A stretch of 64,000 nucleotides of DNA, taken from assembly GCA_963814845.1 (NCBI GenBank), contig CAWFEP010000003.1, positions 223,485 to 287,484 of the forward strand, in the 5' to 3' direction. This stretch comes from an uncultured Actinomycetota bacterium (GTDB lineage Bacteria > Actinomycetota > Actinomycetes > JAFAQI01). Positions 30,249 through 39,195 of the stretch are shown here, piece after piece (within the stretch, counting starts at the first letter, position 1; each line of letters begins with the position of its first letter). Made by a program: the position numbers and the translations under genes. Under the pieces are notes generated by a model. That model saw only the letters and a list, made by a program, of their open reading frames with translations. It did not search any database and had not been told where the DNA came from.

Positions 30249-31355
30249 GTGGATGATGAACAGGCGCTGCGCTGGGCGCAAGCGCTGCTCGTCGACATCG
30301 TCAACATCCGCTCCTACAGCCACCACGAACACACGCTCACAACGCACCTGCACGACCTGCTGAGCGACGATGGGTGGCCCGTGTATGCCGACCCGGTCGA
30401 CGGCTGCGGGCCCAATCTGCTGATCGGTTGGCATCCTTCGCCGACGCTCTTGCTCACCGCACACACCGACACAATCACGCCGGACTGGGTATGCGGCGAT
30501 GCTCGCGTCGACGGCAGTGTCGTCCATGGCCTCGGAGCACAAGACGACAAAGGAGGTGTGGTCAGCTGCCTGCTCGCCTTCCGGTTTGCGCAAGAGGCCG
30601 GCGTCGACCTCCGTCGCATGGCGGTCGGTATCGGGTTGTGTGTCGACGAGGAGATGGGCGGTACCGGTTCGCTGCAGATGGCGGCAACGCTCAGGCCGTC
30701 ATACGTCGTGGCACTGGAAGGTACCGACCTGCAAGTTGCGACCGCGGAAGCGGGATATGTCGACGGGTGGGTCGACGTCGACGGCACCACGGCACACCAT
30801 TCCTTTGGCGCCGAGGGCGACAATGCGATCGTCCACGCGGCCAGACTGATCCAGGAATGCGTGGAGGCCGAGTTCACCAAGATGCCACACCCGCTGGGCG
30901 CGCCGAACCGGGCGTCGATCCACGCGATCTCGAGTCCGGCTGCGGTCAACGTGGTGCCCGACGCGGCGCGCTTCTTCCTCGAAGCGCAGATCTTCGCGCC
31001 GATCACACCCGCCCAGGTGGTCGCCGAGCTGGACACGCTCTGCGCTCGGCATCGGGCCAACTACCGTCCGGGCGAGTCGGTCGTCGGCTTCGACACCCCG
31101 GTCGACGCCCGGCTGCCACAGGCGATGTTGGCAGCGACCGCCGCAGTCCTCGGCGACGCCCGCGGGCCGACCTACATGCCGGCCTGGACTGACGCTCACA
31201 ACTTCGTCGAGGCGGCCGGCGCAGAGGCAGTGGTGTTCGGGCCGGGCCGGCTCGCCAGCGCGCACGGACCAGACGAACACATCGACGTCCGTGACATCGT
31301 CAAAGCAGCCCGGGCGCTTGCCCGCGTGATCGCGACTTTCGAGCCAGTGGCGTGA
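30249..31355 (+). CDS. M20-family metallopeptidase/deacylase (ArgE/DapE-like)
   Basis: Motifs HTDT...P, GAQDDKGG and DEEMGGTG are typical of M20 zinc peptidases. Confidence 0.8.
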   Translation: MDDEQALRWAQALLVDIVNIRSYSHHEHTLTTHLHDLLSDDGWPVYADPVDGCGPNLLIGWHPSPTLLLTAHTDTITPDWVCGDARVDGSVVHGLGAQDDKGGVVSCLLAFRFAQEAGVDLRRMAVGIGLCVDEEMGGTGSLQMAATLRPSYVVALEGTDLQVATAEAGYVDGWVDVDGTTAHHSFGAEGDNAIVHAARLIQECVEAEFTKMPHPLGAPNRASIHAISSPAAVNVVPDAARFFLEAQIFAPITPAQVVAELDTLCARHRANYRPGESVVGFDTPVDARLPQAMLAATAAVLGDARGPTYMPAWTDAHNFVEAAGAEAVVFGPGRLASAHGPDEHIDVRDIVKAARALARVIATFEPVA

Positions 31356-31454
31356 AGTTCGGTCATCGTGTCCGGCTCGCAGAGCTCAATGGCTAAGCGA
31401 ATGGCTACCCGTTGATCTTGAAGTGCACGTCGTGGCCGTCGCGAGGCCAACGTG

Positions 31455-31490
31455 CACTTTTGGTTGGAACTGAGAGGATTCGAACCCCTG
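31455..31490 (-). repeat. 36-nt fragment matching the 3' end (acceptor/T-arm) of tRNA-Ala; probable att direct repeat of a genomic island
   Basis: tggaactgagaggattcgaacccctgaccccttgca matches 50382-50417 at 34 of 36 positions, then diverges. No D-arm or anticodon 5' half is present. Confidence 0.65.
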
Positions 31491-31516
31491 ACCCCTTGCA
31501 GATATGGCACCCGGCC

Positions 31517-34123
31517 TTACAGGCGCGGGTCGACGGGTTCCGACTCGAGCGCGAGTACGGCAAACACGCACTCGTGGACCCGCCACAGCGGCTCGCCTCG
31601 TGCCGCCCGCTCGAGGGCCTCGAGCCCGAGCGCGTACTCGCGAGCGGCCAGAGACCGCTTGTGAGCGAGCCCACGTTGGCGGAGCCGTTCGAGGTTGGCG
31701 GGTTCGGTGTAGTCCGGGCCGTAGATGATTCGCAGGTATTCACGGCCGCGGACCTTGAGGCCTGGTTGCACGACGCCCTTGCGACCGCGGGCGAAGTTGA
31801 CGGTCGGCTTGACGACCATTCCCTCGCCCCCCGTCGCGGTGAGGTCGCTCCACCACCCGGCGGCGGCATCGGTTGCGGCCGGATCCGTGGTGTCGACCAG
31901 CCGTCGCTGTGTGGTGGCGATGAGTTCGGGATCAGCCGCCGCGAGCCGGTCAGCGACCTCGAGGTGCCAGGTGTGCGGGCGGTCGTGGTACGTCGAACCT
32001 TCTGTGGCGAGCACCTGAAACACGGCGATCTTGATGCCGTCGAGCCCTTCGGTGGGCCAGCAGTAGTGCCGGTAGGCGGCGGTGAAACCGTCGGCGTTGG
32101 TCCGACGGGAACGGGTCCGGGCGAGCAGTTCGCGGACGTCAAGGCCAGCCGTCGCAGCCTGCTCGAGGGTGCCGACGGCCGCCGGCAGCGCGTTGTGGGC
32201 GGCGGCGCCGACGGCGGCGTACTGGTTCTTCAGCAGGTCGAGCGCCTTGGCGCTCCACGGCATGAGCTCCGCATCGAGGACCAGCCAGTCGGTGTTGAGC
32301 TCGTCGAACAGTCCCGCGGCGTCGGCCGCGGCGCGCAGCCGGTGGACGAGTTGCTCGGTGAGCTCGTGGCCGAAGAAGGGTCGACCGGTCCGGGTGTGGA
32401 CTGCGCCCGGCGCCCCACCGGGCGCGCCGAACCTGCGTTGTGCGGCGTCATCGGATCGGGGCACCACGAGGACCGCGCGTGATCCCATGTGCTTCTCTTC
32501 GCAGATGACCGAGTCGATGCCGTCGGCCCGATAGGCGTCGAAGGCCTGGTCCGGGTGCTCGAGGATCCCGTCGCGGGACGAGGTGGCGACCGGGCTCATC
32601 GTGGGCGGCAGGTAGACCAGCCAGCGCGGGTCTAGGGCAAACCGGCTCATCACCTCAAGTGCGGCCGCGGCGTTCTCGGCTCGAACGCTGACCCGGCCGT
32701 GGTGCTGGGTCTCGACCACCCTGGTGCCGGTGACATCAGCGATGTCGAGCACGTCCGGGTCGACTCGGCCCGCGCTTCCGTCGCCGGTGGCCGATTCGTT
32801 CACCGGGAACGGCTTGACGGGTGCGTAGTAGACCTCGGCCGCCGGCACCGAGACCAACTCTCGCTCGGGATAGCGCAGCGCGGTGAGCTGGCCGCCGAAG
32901 ACACAGCCGGTGTCCAGGCACAACGTGTTGTTCACCCACTCGGGAGCGGGGATCGGGGTGTGGCCGTACAAGACCATCGCCCGGCCGCGGTAGTCGTTGG
33001 CCCACGGGTAGCGGACCGGCAACCCGAACTCGTCGGTCTCACCAGTGGTGTCGCCGTACAGGCAGAACGACCGCACCCGACCCGAAGCTCGACCTTGATA
33101 GCGCTCGGAGATGCCGGCGTGAGCGATCACGAGTTGCCCGGCGTCGAGCACATAGTGAGAGATGAGCCCGTCGAGGAACGCCTCGACCGCGGCCCGGAAC
33201 TCGCCCGGCTCGGTCTCGAGCTGCGCGAGGGACTCGGCCAGCCCGTGAGTGATCTGCACCTTGCGGCCACGCAGAGCGCGCAGGAGTTTGTTCTCATGGT
33301 TGCCGGCGACGCACATCGCATCGCCGTCCGCGACCATCCCCATGACCAGCCGCAGGACACCCGGCGTGTCCGGCCCACGGTCGACCAGGTCGCCGACGAA
33401 CAACACCCGCCGACCGTCGGGCCGGTGAGCCCCGACGGGACGACCTCGGTCGTCACGGGCGATCAAGTAGCCGAGCTCAGCGAGCAGCTCCTCGAGCTCC
33501 GCACGACAGCCGTGGATGTCGCCGATGACGTCGAACGGTCCGGCCTCGTGGCGCAGGTCGTTATACAGCCGGTTGCGCACGATGGTTGCCGCATCGACCT
33601 CTGCCGGACCCTTGAGCACGTGGACGGTGCGGAAGCCCTCGCGCTGCAGGCCGCGAAGGCTGCGGCGCAGCATCGAGTGCTGCCGGCGGATGACGTGCTC
33701 GCCGAAGTCGCGGTCGGACCTGGCCGCGTTGCGCTCGACGCAGATCCGCTCCGGAACGTCGAGGACAATGGCGACCGGGAGTACGTCGTGGTCGCGCGCC
33801 AGGGCGACCAACGCCTTGCGTGCCTCCGGCTGCACGCTGGTCGCATCGATCACCGTCAGCCGGCCAGCGGCCAGGCGCTTGGCCGCGATGTAGTGCAGCA
33901 GGTCGAACGCGTCAGGAGTCGCCGCTTGGTCGTTCTCGTTGTCAGCGACCAGACCACGACAGAAGTCGCTGCTGATGACTTCGGTCGCGGCGAAGTTTCG
34001 GGCGGCGAACGTCGATTTGCCGGAGCCCGTCACGCCCATCAGCACGACCAGACTGAGGGCCGGCACGGCAAGCTCGCGAGGAGTGGCCTCGGTGATGCCC
34101 GAGGCCTCGAGGGTGTCGGTCAT
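31517..34123 (-). CDS. pnkp: Bacterial polynucleotide kinase-phosphatase with C-terminal ligase-like domain (Pnkp, RNA repair)
   Basis: 868-aa intact ORF. N-terminal P-loop kinase GVTGSGKST; central calcineurin-type phosphoesterase GDIHGC / GDLVDRGPD / GNHE; C-terminal nucleotidyltransferase-like domain with EEKHMGSRAV. Confidence 0.85.
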   Translation of the reverse strand: MTDTLEASGITEATPRELAVPALSLVVLMGVTGSGKSTFAARNFAATEVISSDFCRGLVADNENDQAATPDAFDLLHYIAAKRLAAGRLTVIDATSVQPEARKALVALARDHDVLPVAIVLDVPERICVERNAARSDRDFGEHVIRRQHSMLRRSLRGLQREGFRTVHVLKGPAEVDAATIVRNRLYNDLRHEAGPFDVIGDIHGCRAELEELLAELGYLIARDDRGRPVGAHRPDGRRVLFVGDLVDRGPDTPGVLRLVMGMVADGDAMCVAGNHENKLLRALRGRKVQITHGLAESLAQLETEPGEFRAAVEAFLDGLISHYVLDAGQLVIAHAGISERYQGRASGRVRSFCLYGDTTGETDEFGLPVRYPWANDYRGRAMVLYGHTPIPAPEWVNNTLCLDTGCVFGGQLTALRYPERELVSVPAAEVYYAPVKPFPVNESATGDGSAGRVDPDVLDIADVTGTRVVETQHHGRVSVRAENAAAALEVMSRFALDPRWLVYLPPTMSPVATSSRDGILEHPDQAFDAYRADGIDSVICEEKHMGSRAVLVVPRSDDAAQRRFGAPGGAPGAVHTRTGRPFFGHELTEQLVHRLRAAADAAGLFDELNTDWLVLDAELMPWSAKALDLLKNQYAAVGAAAHNALPAAVGTLEQAATAGLDVRELLARTRSRRTNADGFTAAYRHYCWPTEGLDGIKIAVFQVLATEGSTYHDRPHTWHLEVADRLAAADPELIATTQRRLVDTTDPAATDAAAGWWSDLTATGGEGMVVKPTVNFARGRKGVVQPGLKVRGREYLRIIYGPDYTEPANLERLRQRGLAHKRSLAAREYALGLEALERAARGEPLWRVHECVFAVLALESEPVDPRL

Positions 34124-35607
34124 CCGGCGATGCTCATCTCGTCGGCGTCCTTGGTGAAGACGACCATCTGAGTCGGCGGACCGACGTCGGGGTCATCGGT
34201 GCCGACCGGCAGGAACCGAGCCCCGTACGAGTACGTCGCCGCGACCCGCGCCGCCCAGTCCTGAAACTCCTGTCGGGTCCACTCGAACCGGTGGTCGCGA
34301 TGGCGCATCGCACCCGCTGTCAAGCTCTCGAAGCGGACGTTGTGCTCGACGTTCGGCGTGGTCACGATGACCGTCGTCGGAGCCGCGTCGCCGAAGACCG
34401 TGCGCTCGAGCGCTGGCAGCCGCGGCAGGTCGACGTGCTCGATCACTTCCATCAGCACCGCCGCGTCAAGACCTGCAAGCCGGTTATCCCGGTAGGTCAG
34501 TGCTGACTGCAACAGCGAGATGCGCTCGAGCTGCCGGTCGGTCATCCGATCGAGCTTGAGCCGGCGAGCCGCGACGTCCAATGCGCGAGCGGAGACGTCC
34601 GCACCGACGACATGGACGAACGCCGAGTCACCGACGAGCTTCACCAGCAAAGCGCCGTCACCGCACCCGAGATCGGCGATGCGGCGAGCACCCGAGGAAT
34701 GCAGCGCTGCGATGACCGCCCCTTGCCGCTGCTGGGCGAGCGGAACCGGACGGTCCGGCTCGTCACCGACATTTGCGGCGTCAGTCGCGTTGTCGAGGTC
34801 CTCCGGCTCGGTGTCATCGACCTCGGCGATCCGCGCAACGGCGGTCCGTACCAGGGCGGATCGATGCGAGAGGTAGCGGCGGGTGATCAGATCTCGTTCC
34901 GGATGGGTGGCCAGCCAGCCCTCCCCCGCACGGACCAATTTGTCTACCTCGTCCGTGCTCACCCAGTAGTGCTTCGCGTTGTCCAGGACCGGCAGCAGCA
35001 CGTACAGGTGGTTCAGCGCATCCGCCAGCCGGTGCGTCCCCGTGAGGCGAAGGTCGACATACCGGGAGTCGCCCCAGTCCGGGAACTGTTCGTCGAGTGG
35101 CACCGCGGCCGCCGAGACAGTCCAGCCAAGCGGATCGAACAGGCTCCTCGCCAGCTCCGTGCCTCCGCTGCAGGGAAGGGCCGGCAGGTGGATTTCAAGC
35201 GGAAGTGCCGTGGCCACGAGCTCGGGGCGAGCGTCGCACCGACCGGCCATCGCGGTCTTGAATACTCGCGACATCGCGACGGCCAGCATGCTTGACGCGG
35301 CGTACGGGCGATCGTTGACGTACTGCCGCAGCGCGAAGTCGCCACCACCGCGCCCCTTGTGCCCCCGCACCAGCCCTACCGGATCGATCTCCAGTAGCAG
35401 TGCCACGGTGCATCGGTCGTCGGCAGAGTCCGGGTAGAACACGTGGGCAACACCACTCGCGATCTCGAACGACTGGACCTTGGCCGGGTGCTTATGCAGG
35501 AGAAAGCCCAGATCGGTCGCCGGGGCCCGGGTCGTGGTCAAGGTGAGCAGCACAAGGACAGTCTCCCCTGGCAGACCTCCTTCAGCCTGAGCATTTTTCA
35601 TCAGCAA
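34120..35607 (-). CDS. hen1: Bacterial Hen1 RNA 3'-terminal 2'-O-methyltransferase
   Basis: C-terminal SAM-binding motif IADLGCGDGALL and the Hen1 metal-site motif EVIEHV. The N-terminus VLLTLTTTRAPATDLGFLLHKHP is typical of bacterial Hen1. It overlaps pnkp by 4 nt. The true start may be at ~35559. Confidence 0.8.
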   Translation of the reverse strand: MLMKNAQAEGGLPGETVLVLLTLTTTRAPATDLGFLLHKHPAKVQSFEIASGVAHVFYPDSADDRCTVALLLEIDPVGLVRGHKGRGGGDFALRQYVNDRPYAASSMLAVAMSRVFKTAMAGRCDARPELVATALPLEIHLPALPCSGGTELARSLFDPLGWTVSAAAVPLDEQFPDWGDSRYVDLRLTGTHRLADALNHLYVLLPVLDNAKHYWVSTDEVDKLVRAGEGWLATHPERDLITRRYLSHRSALVRTAVARIAEVDDTEPEDLDNATDAANVGDEPDRPVPLAQQRQGAVIAALHSSGARRIADLGCGDGALLVKLVGDSAFVHVVGADVSARALDVAARRLKLDRMTDRQLERISLLQSALTYRDNRLAGLDAAVLMEVIEHVDLPRLPALERTVFGDAAPTTVIVTTPNVEHNVRFESLTAGAMRHRDHRFEWTRQEFQDWAARVAATYSYGARFLPVGTDDPDVGPPTQMVVFTKDADEMSIAG

Positions 35608-35730
35608 CCCGCAACCTCGACGGTCAAACCGATCTGTGCGTCCTGCGTGCCCGCATCATGCGCGCCGGGTCTAACGAACGCGCAGCAAGAGTCGTCGACC
35701 ACTTTGGCGTCGCTAGTGATCGCTGCCGCG

Positions 35731-36006
35731 ATGAAGTTGAGCGCGCCGGACGACGGGCATGAAGTGACGACAGGCCCAGAACTCCAACGGGAATACAACG
35801 CCGAAGACGAGAACCCCGACCCTTGGACCTACGTCCGCGCCATCAAGGTTCAGGTCGACATGGCAACCGAGCAATACAAAGACCGCGCTTCGCACCGCCC
35901 AGCACTTTCCGCACCCGCGTCATATCGACGCTGGCACGTCTACGCCGGACTCACAATCACTTTCGCCCTCATCTTGATCGGCTGGGTCGCGATCTCGGCT
36001 CTGTAA
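35731..36006 (+). CDS. Small membrane-anchored hypothetical protein
   Basis: ~91 aa with a C-terminal TM helix GLTITFALILIGWVAISAL. The upstream part of the track ORF looks non-coding. Confidence 0.4.
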   Translation: MKLSAPDDGHEVTTGPELQREYNAEDENPDPWTYVRAIKVQVDMATEQYKDRASHRPALSAPASYRRWHVYAGLTITFALILIGWVAISAL

Positions 36007-36092
36007 CTTGGCGCGTTCGAGCCAGCAGAATTTGACGCGCCGACGCCCGGGCTGGGAGACAGCGGATCGGAAACGAACGGAAAAGTATGCGG

Positions 36093-36683
36093 TCAGCTCG
36101 CGCTTCCCGCGGAGACTTCCGGCACAGCCATCGGACTCTCGAACGCGTTGATGAGTTGCTGCTGAGTCCAGGTCGGGGAGACGAGTGCGTAAAGCTGGTC
36201 GTTGTTGCCATCCGAGAACTGGACGTACAGCGCGTTGTCCCCGGTGTTCGGCTCCGTGCCAATCCAGGTCTTCGCATTCGGATTGGTCGTGGTCACCGGT
36301 GTGGCGCCATCGGGGACACTTGAGAAGCCCACCTCGGCGTAGAGCTGAACTGGCGAGCCTGCCGTTGCTTGATACGAAATCGTGAAGCCCGCCAGCCTGA
36401 CCTTCCTGATCACCAGCGCCTTCTTGGCTGGATGAGCCGCCGGCGTTGAGGACGGGTGGTGGGGCGCCGGCCTCGCGCTCGCGCCAACCGCGGGTGTCGA
36501 GGGGTGGTTGATCTCGATGGCCGCGACGGCGGCTCCGGTCAGCACCGCTCCTGCGGCCACCGCCGGCAGGACCGTGGACAGCACCTGGCGAGGCGGGCGG
36601 GTCCGTCCGGTGTAGATCAGGCCCTCGGTCGCATCCTGAAAAGCACTCCCGAGCGAGCGGGTCAGATCGTCATCAGTCAACAT
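36093..36683 (-). CDS. Putative anti-sigma factor (membrane-spanning)
   Basis: A TM helix follows a short N-terminal cytoplasmic segment. It lies directly downstream of the ECF sigma gene and overlaps it. Confidence 0.55.
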   Translation of the reverse strand: MLTDDDLTRSLGSAFQDATEGLIYTGRTRPPRQVLSTVLPAVAAGAVLTGAAVAAIEINHPSTPAVGASARPAPHHPSSTPAAHPAKKALVIRKVRLAGFTISYQATAGSPVQLYAEVGFSSVPDGATPVTTTNPNAKTWIGTEPNTGDNALYVQFSDGNNDQLYALVSPTWTQQQLINAFESPMAVPEVSAGSAS

Positions 36684-37176
36684 GTGCGGTCTCCTGTGTA
36701 GGTGTGAGGGCGGCCCGGAGGTTGTCCAAGGCTCGTGCGGTCTGTGACTTGACGGTGCCGGTGGTGCAGCCGAGTACGGCAGCGGTCTCCTCGATGCTCA
36801 AGTCGTCGAAGTACCTGAGCACCAGGACAGTCCGCTGCCCGAGTGGGAGCCGGTGGGCCGCCCGCAGGATCGCGTCACGGTCCTCAACGCTTCCGACGTT
36901 CGGCGCGGGGAGGTCGATCTCCAGCGGTCCTTCGGCGGGTCGATGGCTCAGCTCGCGCCAACGATCCTTGGCCAGGTTGACTACCACCCGACGGGCATAC
37001 GCCTCGGGGCGATCCCGGGCTCGCCGCCACTGACGCGCGGTGCGCATCAAAGCGGTCTGGACCAGGTCCTCGGCGTGCCCTCGATCACCGCACAGCAGGT
37101 ACGCCGTACGCAGCAACCGGCTCGACGATGACAACACGAACGAGTCGAACGCGGGCCGGTCACGCCGCGAGATCAT
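36673..37176 (-). CDS. ECF-type sigma-70 family RNA polymerase sigma factor
   Basis: Region 2 DLVQTALMRTARQWRR; region 4 QRTVLVLRYFDDLSIEETAAVLGCTTGTVKSQTARAL. Confidence 0.85.
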   Translation of the reverse strand: MISRRDRPAFDSFVLSSSSRLLRTAYLLCGDRGHAEDLVQTALMRTARQWRRARDRPEAYARRVVVNLAKDRWRELSHRPAEGPLEIDLPAPNVGSVEDRDAILRAAHRLPLGQRTVLVLRYFDDLSIEETAAVLGCTTGTVKSQTARALDNLRAALTPTQETAHVD

Positions 37177-37356
37177 CGGATACCCATCGTCGTCACACCT
37201 CTACTAACGCCCACAATCCCCGCAAAGTTGTCACCGCACAGTGAGAACCTGTCGCGCGATCACGCCGCCACGCAGGGCTACCCGCCGCGAGCAGGAGGTC
37301 GCTTGCGTCGATTAGTGTCACGCCGGATCGCGAGCACCTATTTGTCTCGCTAGCGG

Positions 37357-37854
37357 CTACGACTGGTTCTCGCGAGGAGTGAATCGACGCGAGGGACTGC
37401 GGTGCTTGGTGTCGGGAAGCCACAGCCGGTGACTGATTTCGAAACGTGGACCCGACCGTGTCAGGGTTGGCATCGTCAGGACTGCTGCACCGGCTGGGTT
37501 GCGAAACTCCGCTGTGAACTCGCGATCCCTAACGCTGACGTGGACACGGGCGCCCTCCACGGGCCAGTACAGCCGAAACGGGTCCTCATCCGACCGTACG
37601 GGCCGCCGGTCGGCACCGAGACCCCGGGCCGCCCACTCGTATACCTCTTGCACTGCCAGGCGCCACTTGGTCCGCGACGGCATCGGCGGCCACGGCAGGC
37701 TTCCCAGCGGAATGCCGAACCAGCCACCGCCATCCGGGGCGCGACCATCGAACACGCGGCCGGTCAACTCCATCGATGACCCCGGTGGCATGACCGGCTC
37801 AAAACTCGCGAGGATCTCCTCGACAAGTGCAATCGGTAGCGCCCGAATGCTCAT
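37357..37854 (-). CDS. Hypothetical protein
   Basis: 165-aa ORF inside the lower-GC island with no recognisable motif. Confidence 0.45.
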   Translation of the reverse strand: MSIRALPIALVEEILASFEPVMPPGSSMELTGRVFDGRAPDGGGWFGIPLGSLPWPPMPSRTKWRLAVQEVYEWAARGLGADRRPVRSDEDPFRLYWPVEGARVHVSVRDREFTAEFRNPAGAAVLTMPTLTRSGPRFEISHRLWLPDTKHRSPSRRFTPRENQS

Positions 37855-37977
37855 TGGTGCAAGTGTCCCATTCGGCGCACGCGATCCTCAGCGTTCAGCG
37901 GCTGCGAGCGCACGGCAGAGCCAGACCATTGCGCCGAAGAACGGCACTCATGCGCGGTCGGCCACCGCAGAGTACGA

Positions 37978-38400
37978 CTAGTGGCAGCCGACTGTCGTAG
38001 CTCGCGTTCCTGCTGCTGCCGGCGGGAGGATGCCGCGTATCGCGTTGTCCAGCTTGCACTTGGTGTCGACATACCCGGCTGGCTTCGAGCCCGGACGAGT
38101 GATGATGACCAATGCAGCGCATCGATACCCAGTAATCACCGTGCCGCTTGCGATGCGCTTGGCGTGCACCACCGTCACTCGGTAGTCGAGGTCTAGCGGG
38201 TCCATGCAGTCAACATGGGACGCCTCGGGAAGCGCTGCGATCAGGCTGAAGACTCGCTCGGATTGCGATCGGGTGAGGTCCACCGACACCGCACCAGATG
38301 TCTTGAACACCGTCACTGACCTGTATCCGGTGAGTTGGGCGGCGGGTGGCGATCCACCCGCACAGGACGACACAACGACCACTAAGCCGACAGCAGCCAT
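37978..38400 (-). CDS. Putative lipoprotein
   Basis: Signal peptide with lipobox AAVGLVVVVSSC. Start chosen at the internal Met; the track start is at 38493. Confidence 0.5.
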   Translation of the reverse strand: MAAVGLVVVVSSCAGGSPPAAQLTGYRSVTVFKTSGAVSVDLTRSQSERVFSLIAALPEASHVDCMDPLDLDYRVTVVHAKRIASGTVITGYRCAALVIITRPGSKPAGYVDTKCKLDNAIRGILPPAAAGTRATTVGCH

Positions 38401-38559
38401 CCGAGGTAAGACCTTCACCAAGTCAGACTCCCACGACAGACCGGCGCCTTCGGTACCACAAATCGGGGAACCAAACCTGCGCGCGCGGCACATCGCGATC
38501 GGCTCTGGTGCCTACACAAATAGTGGTTCTTTGCACCGTGAGCCTGCCAGGCTGTTCGG

Positions 38560-39156
38560 GTGACGACATTTGATGAGGACGGGGTTCCAACTCTCACGTG
38601 GGGGATCAGTGCCTCGCACAACCCGTCCGAGCTCGTCGTCCCGTTGTATGTGCGTGACCGGCTCGGGCTGCGAACAACGACAAACGTTCCGGCGCTGTCG
38701 CCGCGCGTGCGAGCTATCCCGAGCAAGGATCTCGACGTCGCGTCCGCGTCGGCGTCATGGGACCGCGTGTGGGAGGTGATCACCCTCGATCTAGATGGCT
38801 ACTCCCCGTTCACACCGGCGCGGTTCTACGGCCTGACCGCGCACCCGGGATTGATCGGGCCGTGGACGTTGCTCTACGAGGAAGCCTGCGCCTGGGTGGC
38901 TGCGCTTCCCGGGGGCAGGGAGTTGGTAGCGCGCGAGAAACGTCACCCGCTACACGTCCAGATGCTTGTGGAGAATCTTGAGAACGAGCTGGGGCGACCC
39001 GTCAAGCCATTCCATCTGGAGTTCACGGTTCTGCCCGTCGACGGAGTCTGGTGGGACCGCACGGCTGACGGTCGCGTCTATCTCTCCGACGCGCTTGTTG
39101 CAAACACCGACACGTACACGTCTGTGTTACGGCAGCTTCTTGAACCCATTGCCTGA
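38560..39156 (+). CDS. Hypothetical protein
   Basis: 198-aa ORF in lower-GC DNA with no motif. Confidence 0.5.
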   Translation: MTTFDEDGVPTLTWGISASHNPSELVVPLYVRDRLGLRTTTNVPALSPRVRAIPSKDLDVASASASWDRVWEVITLDLDGYSPFTPARFYGLTAHPGLIGPWTLLYEEACAWVAALPGGRELVAREKRHPLHVQMLVENLENELGRPVKPFHLEFTVLPVDGVWWDRTADGRVYLSDALVANTDTYTSVLRQLLEPIA

Positions 39157-39195
39157 CGCCTCATCGAACGCTCGGGAACGACGGATCGAGTGCGC

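Noticed and set aside
31440-31520. A second complete tRNA gene at 31.45 kb
   Set aside because: Only the T-arm and 3' acceptor half match. No D-arm or 5' anticodon stem can be folded. It fits an att-site remnant better.
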